DNA from: an uncultured delta proteobacterium
GTDB taxonomy: Bacteria; Myxococcota; UBA727; VGSZ01
Reading direction: 5' to 3'
Length of the DNA stretch: 64,000 nucleotides
Assembly: GCA_963775425.1 (NCBI GenBank)
Contig: CAVZJB010000016.1
Location: forward strand, 704,001-768,000
The notes below the pieces were generated by a model that saw only the letters and a program-made list of their open reading frames with translations, ran no database searches and was not told the DNA's origin. Below are positions 55,553-64,000 of this stretch, piece by piece. Every line of letters starts with the position of its first letter. Position 1 is the first letter of the stretch. The translations under genes were made by a program, and so were the position numbers.

Positions 55553-56706
55553 GCGGCGCCGAGGAGCACGAGCGCTACAAGCTCGCGCCCGTCGAGAATT
55601 CTCTGGAGGGCCAGCAGCTCGAGATCGCCATCGGGCCCCAGCACCCGAGCACGCACGGCGTGTTCCGCATGGACGTCACGCTCGACGGCGAGGTGGTCAC
55701 CAAGCTCAAGCCCGTGATGGGCTACCTGCACAGGAACCACGAGCAGATCGCCGAGCACACCACCTACCTCGGCAGCATGCCGTTCACCGATCGCCTCGAC
55801 TACTTCAACTCGATGGCGAACAACTGGGGCTTCGCGCTCACCGTCGAGAAGCTCGCAGGCATCAAGGTGCCCGAGCGCGCGGAGTACATCCGCGTGATCA
55901 TGTGCGAGCTCACGCGCATCCTCAACCACACCTGCGTCGCCGGCTTCCTCCTGAACGACTGCGGCGCGTGGATGACGCCGCTTTTGTACGCGTTCCGCGA
56001 GCGCGAGAAGATCCTCGACATCTTCGAGGCCGTCAGCGGCGCGCGGCTGATGTGCAACTACTTCCGCTTCGGCGGCGTCCGCGCCGACATGACCGACGCG
56101 GACCTCCAGGCCGTGCGCGACCTGGTCGACGGGCTGCCCGAGTTCCTCGAGGAATTCGAAAAGCTCATGACGGAGAACGAGATCCTGATGGAGCGCACGC
56201 AGGGCGTGGGCACGCTCCCGCGGGAGCTCGCCATCGACGCCGGCGTCACCGGTCCCATGGCCCGCGCCAGCGGCGTCGAGTACGACGTGCGCAAGATCGA
56301 CAAGTACGGCATCTACGACCGCTTCGACTTCAAGGTGCCCCTCGGGGACCACGGCGACGTCTACGACCGCTACTACGTCCGCCTCCTCGAGGTGCACGAG
56401 AGCCTGAAGATCCTGAGGCAGGCGTTGAAGGACATCCCGGCGGGGCCGCACATGGACCCGAAGGCGCGGCTGCGGAACTTCCGGCCGCCCAAGGGTGAGG
56501 CGTACGGCCGCGTGGAGAGCCCCAAGGGCGAGCTCGGCTTCTACATCGTGAGCACCGGCGAGAAGAACCCGTACCGCTACCACGTGCGTCCGCCGAGCTT
56601 CATCAACCTCACCATCCTCGAAGATATGTGCATCGGGCAAAAGGTCGCCGACGTCGTCGTCATCCTCGGCGCCGTCGACATCGTGCTCGGCGAGGTGGAC
56701 CGATGA
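55549..56706 (+). CDS. nuoD: Complex I subunit D
   Basis: [33 protein letters not shown]; no Ni-binding CxxC. Confidence 0.96.
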   Translation: MSGAEEHERYKLAPVENSLEGQQLEIAIGPQHPSTHGVFRMDVTLDGEVVTKLKPVMGYLHRNHEQIAEHTTYLGSMPFTDRLDYFNSMANNWGFALTVEKLAGIKVPERAEYIRVIMCELTRILNHTCVAGFLLNDCGAWMTPLLYAFREREKILDIFEAVSGARLMCNYFRFGGVRADMTDADLQAVRDLVDGLPEFLEEFEKLMTENEILMERTQGVGTLPRELAIDAGVTGPMARASGVEYDVRKIDKYGIYDRFDFKVPLGDHGDVYDRYYVRLLEVHESLKILRQALKDIPAGPHMDPKARLRNFRPPKGEAYGRVESPKGELGFYIVSTGEKNPYRYHVRPPSFINLTILEDMCIGQKVADVVVILGAVDIVLGEVDR

Positions 56707-57647
56707 GCGCCGGACGAGGGCTCTTGAAGGGCCTGATGGTCACCGCCCGCAACTTCGTCGGCAGCTACTTCGAGGCCGACCGCCTGGTGACGCAGCAGTA
56801 CCCGGAGGAGAAGGCGCACACGAAGGAGAACTTCAGGAACGTGCCGTTCCTGCTCTACGACGGCGCCGACGCCATCCAGGGCATGCGCTGCGTGGCGTGC
56901 AAGATCTGCGAGCAGGAGTGCCCGCCGCAGTGCATCTACATCGAAGGCACCTTCGACGCCGAGGGCAACTCGCTGAAGACCCCCAAGGTCTTCGACATCG
57001 ACTTCACCGTGTGCATGAACTGCGGCATCTGCGCCGAGGCCTGCCCCTTCGACGCCATCAAGATGGACAACGAGTTCGAGCTCGCGAGCACCGACCGCTT
57101 CAACGGACAGCTCGCCGACCTCCACCGGCTCCTGAAGTCCAACGAGTACTACCACCAGATCAAGCCCACCGAGGCCGGCGACGTCGACGAGCGCCTCGCC
57201 GCCAAGGCCAAGAAGTCCGCCGCCAAGAAGGCGCCGGCGCCCGCGGCGACGCCGCCGACCTCGCCGGTGCCCGCGGCCAAGGCCGCGCCGGCCCCGGCGG
57301 GGGACAAGGCCCCGCGCCCCGACGCCAAGCCCGCCGCGGGGCCGCCGCCCCCGCCCCCGCCGCCGTCGGGGCCGGCGGAGGTCATCGCGCTCCCGAGCGC
57401 CGATGCGCCGCCGCTGCCGCCGCCGCCGGGCTCCGGCGCGCCCACCGCGGCCGCGCCGCCTCCGCCGCCGCCGCCGCCGCCGGGGGAGCAGGAGGTCATC
57501 GCGCCGCCGAGCGCCGATGCGCCGCCGCTGCCGCCGCCGCCGGCGTCGAACCCGCCTGTGAGCGCGGCGCCTCCGCCGCCGCCAGCTCCGGCCGCGGGGC
57601 CGCCCGGCCAGGCCGGCGGTGACGCGAAGGATGGGTCGAAGACATGA
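56703..57647 (+). CDS. nuoI: Complex I subunit I with Pro-rich C-terminal extension
   Basis: QYPEE; [12 protein letters not shown] and [12 protein letters not shown]. Confidence 0.93.
   Translation: MSAGRGLLKGLMVTARNFVGSYFEADRLVTQQYPEEKAHTKENFRNVPFLLYDGADAIQGMRCVACKICEQECPPQCIYIEGTFDAEGNSLKTPKVFDIDFTVCMNCGICAEACPFDAIKMDNEFELASTDRFNGQLADLHRLLKSNEYYHQIKPTEAGDVDERLAAKAKKSAAKKAPAPAATPPTSPVPAAKAAPAPAGDKAPRPDAKPAAGPPPPPPPPSGPAEVIALPSADAPPLPPPPGSGAPTAAAPPPPPPPPPGEQEVIAPPSADAPPLPPPPASNPPVSAAPPPPPAPAAGPPGQAGGDAKDGSKT
57378..57543 (+). repeat. Imperfect 52-bp direct repeat in the nuoI tail
   Basis: 57378-57429 and 57492-57543 encode EVIA(L/P)[12 protein letters not shown]. Confidence 0.85.
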
Positions 57648-58849
57648 GCGAGACGCTCGATCAGATCTTCGTGCTCGCGCACGACAAGCTCGTGGCGCTC
57701 GTGGCCATGCTCGGCCTGCCCTGGCTCGCCGTGATCGTCTCGCTGCTGTTGCCGGCGGCGCTGTGCCTGATGGTGTGGCCGCTGTTCTTCGCGTTCCTCA
57801 CCTGGCTCGAGCGCAAGGTGCTCGGGCGCATCCAGAACCGCTACGGGCCGAACCGCGTGGGGCCCTTCGGCCTGCTGCAGCCCATCGCCGACGGCATCAA
57901 GATGCTCACCAAGGAGGACATCGTCCCGCGGCTGGCCGACCACGTCCTCCACCGGCTCGCCCCCGCGCTCATCGTCATCCCCGCGTTCTCCGTGTTCGCG
58001 CTCCTGCCGTTCGGAAAGAACATGACGCCGGCGGACATCGACGTCTCGCTGCTCCTGTTCTTCGCCGTCAGCTCCGTGTCCACGCTCGCGCTCTTCATCG
58101 CCGGCTGGGGCAGCCGCAACAAGTACTCGCTGCTCGGCGCCATGCGCGCGGTGGCGCAGATGGTGAGCTACGAGCTCCCCGTGGTCATGGCCGCGGTCCC
58201 GGTGGTGATGATCGTCGGCTCCTTGCGCATCGGCGCCGTGGTCGCCGCCCAGGGCCCACGCGTCCCCGGGGAGGCCTTCGGCAGCATCTCGCACTGGTTC
58301 ATCTGGACGCCCTGGGGCCTGTTCGGCTTCGCGCTCTTCTTCGTCGCGGGCATGGCCGAGCTCAACCGCTCGCCGTTCGACATCGCCGAGGGCGAGAGCG
58401 AGATCGTGGCCGGCTTCCACACCGAGTACTCCGGCTTCAAGTTCGCGCTCTTCTTCCTCGCCGAGTACCTGAGCGCCATCGCGTTCGCGGGCCTGGCGTC
58501 GTCGCTGTTCCTCGGCGGCTTCGAGGGGCCCGCGCCCATCCCGTCGTGGCTGTGGTTCTTCGGCAAGATGTTCTTTCTCATAGCGCTGATGATGTGGGCC
58601 CGTGGCACCCTGCCGCGCCTGCGCGTCGATCAGCTCATGGGTTTCTCGTGGAAGTTCCTCCTGCCGCTCACCCTCGTGAACATCGTGGCCACCGCGCTGT
58701 GGTCCGTCTGGCACGAGGGCGACGTGCTGCATCGGGCCGCGGGCTGGCTCGGGTCGGCCGCGCTCCTCGTGGCGGCATACTTCCTCTTCGCCAAGCTCAA
58801 CGCCGGCCCCGCCGTCAAAAAGCGCGTCTACCGCTACGCGGACCTGTGA
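57644..58849 (+). CDS. nuoH: Complex I subunit H
   Basis: ERKVLGRIQNRYGPNRVG, QPIADGIK, NRSPFDIAEGESE, PRLRVDQL. Confidence 0.96.
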   Translation: MSETLDQIFVLAHDKLVALVAMLGLPWLAVIVSLLLPAALCLMVWPLFFAFLTWLERKVLGRIQNRYGPNRVGPFGLLQPIADGIKMLTKEDIVPRLADHVLHRLAPALIVIPAFSVFALLPFGKNMTPADIDVSLLLFFAVSSVSTLALFIAGWGSRNKYSLLGAMRAVAQMVSYELPVVMAAVPVVMIVGSLRIGAVVAAQGPRVPGEAFGSISHWFIWTPWGLFGFALFFVAGMAELNRSPFDIAEGESEIVAGFHTEYSGFKFALFFLAEYLSAIAFAGLASSLFLGGFEGPAPIPSWLWFFGKMFFLIALMMWARGTLPRLRVDQLMGFSWKFLLPLTLVNIVATALWSVWHEGDVLHRAAGWLGSAALLVAAYFLFAKLNAGPAVKKRVYRYADL

Positions 58850-58850
58850 C

Positions 58851-59366
58851 ATGACCCCCGCGCACATCGGCTTCCTCGTGCTCTCCGCCGTCTGCGTCGC
58901 AGGCGCGCTCGGCGCCGTCATCATCAAGAACATCGCGCGCGCGCTCCTGAGCGTGGTGACGTTCTTCTTCGGCGTGGCCGGGCTGTTCTTCATGATGCAC
59001 GCCGAGTTCGTCGGCGTCGTGCAGCTCCTGGTCTACGTCGGCGCCATCGCCGTGCTCATCATCTTCGCCATCGTCCTCACGCGCGCCATGGAGACGCCCG
59101 CCGACGTCGCGCGCATCGCGGGGTGGCGGCCGCTCGGCATCGCCACCGCCGTCGCCGTCGCCGCCGTCATCATCGGCGTCATCTTGAAGAACCCGGACGT
59201 CGCCGCACCGCCCGCCCCCGGACAGACGGCCGGCGCAGAGGAGATCGGGCAGGCCCTGATGACCCGCTACGTGGTGCCCTTCGAGGTGGCCTCGGTGCTC
59301 CTGACTGCGACGCTCATCGGCGCCGTCGTCATCGCGCTCGACGAGACCCGGCGGAGGAAGCGGTGA
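58851..59366 (+). CDS. nuoJ: Complex I subunit J
   Basis: AEFVGVVQLLVYVGAIAVL, PFEVASVLL. Confidence 0.95.
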   Translation: MTPAHIGFLVLSAVCVAGALGAVIIKNIARALLSVVTFFFGVAGLFFMMHAEFVGVVQLLVYVGAIAVLIIFAIVLTRAMETPADVARIAGWRPLGIATAVAVAAVIIGVILKNPDVAAPPAPGQTAGAEEIGQALMTRYVVPFEVASVLLTATLIGAVVIALDETRRRKR

Positions 59367-59665
59367 GCCTCAACGAAGTCCTCATCCTGTCCGCGCTCCT
59401 CTTCGCCATCGGCGTGGCGGGGGCGCTCACGCGGCGCAACGCCATCCTGCTCCTCGTCAGCATCGAGATCATGATGAACGCCGCCAACATCAACTTCGTG
59501 GCGTTCTGGAGGTACGGTGCGCTGCCCATCAGCGCCAACCTCTTCGCCCTCTTCATCATCATCATCGCCGGCGCCGAGTCCACCGTGGGCCTCGCGCTCG
59601 TCATCAGCATCTATCGCCAGCTCAAGAGCGTCGACGTCGAGAAGATCGACTCGCTGAGCGGCTGA
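59363..59665 (+). CDS. nuoK: Complex I subunit K
   Basis: RRNAI..SIEIMMNAAN, AGAESTVGLAL. Confidence 0.95.
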   Translation: MSLNEVLILSALLFAIGVAGALTRRNAILLLVSIEIMMNAANINFVAFWRYGALPISANLFALFIIIIAGAESTVGLALVISIYRQLKSVDVEKIDSLSG

Positions 59666-59687
59666 CGACAACGAGGAGCTCTTCGCC

Positions 59688-61705
<2,018 letters not shown>

Positions 61706-61709
<4 letters not shown>

Positions 61710-63382
61710 CCTTCATCGACGCCCACCTGCTCTCTCTCCTGGTGCTGGTGCCCGCGGCCACCGCCATCCTCGTGCTCGTCCTCGGCGAGCGCGCCCCCGC
61801 CAGCGTGGACGCCGCCGCCCCTGACGCGCCGCCCGGCAGCCGCGCGCGCACCGTCGCCCTCGCGGGGTGCGCGGTGGCGCTCGCGCTCGCGCTGCGCGCC
61901 GCGTCGCTGTTCGACCCGCACGACGCCGCCCGGCAGCTCTCCGAGCGCGTCTCGTGGATCCCCACGCTTCACGCCGACTACTCCGTCGGCGTCGACGGCC
62001 TGAGCATCCTGCTGCTCATCCTCACGGCGGTGATCGTGCCGCTGTCGCTGGTGGCGTCGTGGCCCGCGGGCGTCGACAAGCGGCGCACCTTCGCCCTCGT
62101 GATGCTGTTGCAGGCCGGCATGTTCGGCGTGTTCACCGCCGAGAGCTTCTTTCACTGGTTCGTGTTCTGGGAGATGGTGCTCATCCCCGCCTTCTTCCTC
62201 ATCAAGAGCGGCGGCGCCGCCGGCCACGACGCGCGCCGCGCCGCCCTCAAGTTCCTGCTGTACACGCTCGTCGGCAGCGTCGCGATGCTGCTCGCGTTCC
62301 AGGCCATCTTCTGGGCCACGGGCAGCATGGACTTCATCGAGCTCGCGCGCCTCGGCACCGCCGGCACCCTCGACGAGAAGCTCGCGGCCGTCGCCGCCCA
62401 CGCCCACATCGGCTGGACCGCCAGGACCTGCGGCGCCGTCGCCTTCTCCTGCATCGTCCTCGCGTGCGCGGTGAAGACGCCGCTGTGGCCGTTTCACACC
62501 TGGCTGCCCGACGCGTACGGCGAGGCGCCCACGCCGGCCACGCTCCTGCTCACCGCGGGCATGTCCAAGATGGGCGTCTATGCGCTGCTGCGCATCGCGT
62601 TGCCGCTGTTTCCGTCGAGCGCCGCGCGCTTGGCGCCCGTGCTCGTCGGCCTCGCCCTCGTCACCGTGGTGGCGGCGGCGTTCTCGGCGCTCGCGCAGAC
62701 GGACCTCAAGCGCATGATGGCGTACTCGTCCATCAACCACGTCGGCCTCTGCCTGCTCGCGCTCTTCGCCGCCGCCAGCGCCTCCGTCGACATCACCGCC
62801 GACGACCGCGCCGCCGCGCTCGACGGCGCCGTCCTGCAGATGTTCGTGCACGGCATCGAGGCGGCCCTGATGTTCTTCCTGCTCGCGGCCCTCGAAAGAC
62901 GCGTCGCCGCGCGCGCGCAGGCCGCGGGCGACCGGCCCCCGCGCCCCTCCGAGGGCGGCGCCGCCGTCCTCGGGCTCAACGACTTCGGCGGGCTGCGCAA
63001 GGTCGCGCCGTGGTTCTGCGGCGTCTTCGGCGTCGTCACGTTCGCGTCGATCGGCCTCCCAGGCCTCGCCGGCTTCGTCAGCGAGATCCTCGTGCTGCGC
63101 GGCACCTTCGCGCTCGCCCCCGCCGCGGCCGCCGTCGCCCTCGTCGGCGTGATGATCACCGCGGTGTTCCTCCTCAGCGTCATCCAGCGCGTGTGGTGGG
63201 GCCCGCTCAACGAGCGCTTCCGCGACATGCGCGACCTCTCCTGGCGCGAGCTCGTCCCCGCGGGCGTGTTCGTGCTCCTCATCGTCGCCGTCGGCGTCCT
63301 GCCCGCGTGGTTCACCGCGCAGGGCAACGGCGCCGTCGAAGCGCTCGGCGCGCTGCTCGCGCAGGGAGCCAACGTCCCATGA
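61706..63382 (+). CDS. nuoM: Complex I subunit M (first copy)
   Basis: GVDGLS, FWEMVLIP, KTPLWPFHTWLPDAY, AYSSINH, GLPGLAGFVSE. Confidence 0.93.
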
Positions 63383-64000
63383 GCGCGCTCTTCTCCCTCT
63401 CGCGGCTCGACTGGACCATCTACCTGTCGTGGCTGGGGGTCCTCGCTATCCTCTTCATCCCGAGCGGCAACAAGGGCGCCATCCGCGTCACAGCCCTCGC
63501 CTCCGCCCTCGCCGGCCTCGTCGTCGCCCTCTACGGCTTCCTCACCTACCGCATCGATCCCGGCAGCGCCGCGAGCGGCGCCGATGCCTTGCACGCGTCG
63601 TTCGCGCAGTTCGAGGTGCAGGCGCCGTGGATCCCGGCCATCGGGGCTTCGTTTCACCTGGGCGCCGACGGCGTGAGCCTCCCGCTCCTCGTGTTGAACG
63701 GCGTGGTCGCCGTCACCGGCGTGCTGTTCTCGTGGAACGTCGAGCATCGCACCAAGGAGTTCTTCGTCTTCCTGCTCCTGCTCGTGAGCGGCGTCTACGG
63801 CGTGTTCCTCTCGCTGGACCTCCTGCTTCTATTTGCGTTCTACGAGCTGGCCATCATCCCGAAGTACTTCATCATCGCCATCTGGGGCTCCACCCGGCGC
63901 GAGTACGCGGCCATGAAGCTCGTGCTCTACAGCTTCGCGGGCAGCGCGCTCGTGTTCGCCGGCATCGTCATCCTCTACGCCGGTGCCGGCGCCAAGACCT
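63379..64000 (+). CDS. nuoM: Complex I subunit M (second copy), runs off the window; not in the ORF track
   Basis: Own translation: MSALFSLS...WIPAIGASFHLGADGVSLPL...FYELAIIPKYFIIAIWGSTRREYAAMKLVLYS; NuoM-type rather than NuoN; ATGA overlap. Confidence 0.88.
   Translation, partial: MSALFSLSRLDWTIYLSWLGVLAILFIPSGNKGAIRVTALASALAGLVVALYGFLTYRIDPGSAASGADALHASFAQFEVQAPWIPAIGASFHLGADGVSLPLLVLNGVVAVTGVLFSWNVEHRTKEFFVFLLLLVSGVYGVFLSLDLLLLFAFYELAIIPKYFIIAIWGSTRREYAAMKLVLYSFAGSALVFAGIVILYAGAGAKT

Noticed and set aside
54318-56706. EFG-less module as a group 4 [NiFe]-hydrogenase
   Set aside because: The large subunit lacks both Ni-binding CxxC motifs and keeps the quinone-site HPSTH and DRLDY motifs; nuoA/J/K are present

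Overview
Very GC-rich, gene-dense chromosomal window from a Myxococcota/deltaproteobacterium-like organism (inferred from a MYXO-CTERM-like sorting tail, Cys-rich GEGEGE lipoproteins, PEGA/PilZ proteins and a Hanks-type kinase). Housekeeping genes (purN, rpsO-pnp, rseP, rne, holA, tatD, recJ, fumC, mutS, yhbY, cdd, SNF2 helicase) are interspersed with many uncharacterised surface lipoproteins. I see no mobile element, CRISPR array, rRNA or tRNA. Highlights: (1) a 907-aa surface protein that looks like a two-domain bacterial BPI/LBP/CETP (TULIP) lipid-binding homologue; (2) a complex I-like operon nuoABCDIHJKL-M-M without nuoEFG, with a ~25-aa longer NuoL helix ('2M' type) and a Pro-rich NuoI tail; (3) a soluble Ser/Thr kinase ending in a ribbon-helix-helix-like segment; (4) many TAnnnT boxes 5-7 nt before start codons (leaderless genes); (5) three +1 frameshifts in the same context (AGATC read as AGAATC), suggesting a systematic, possibly methylation-linked, sequencing error. 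All family assignments come from motif recognition by eye, not database searches.
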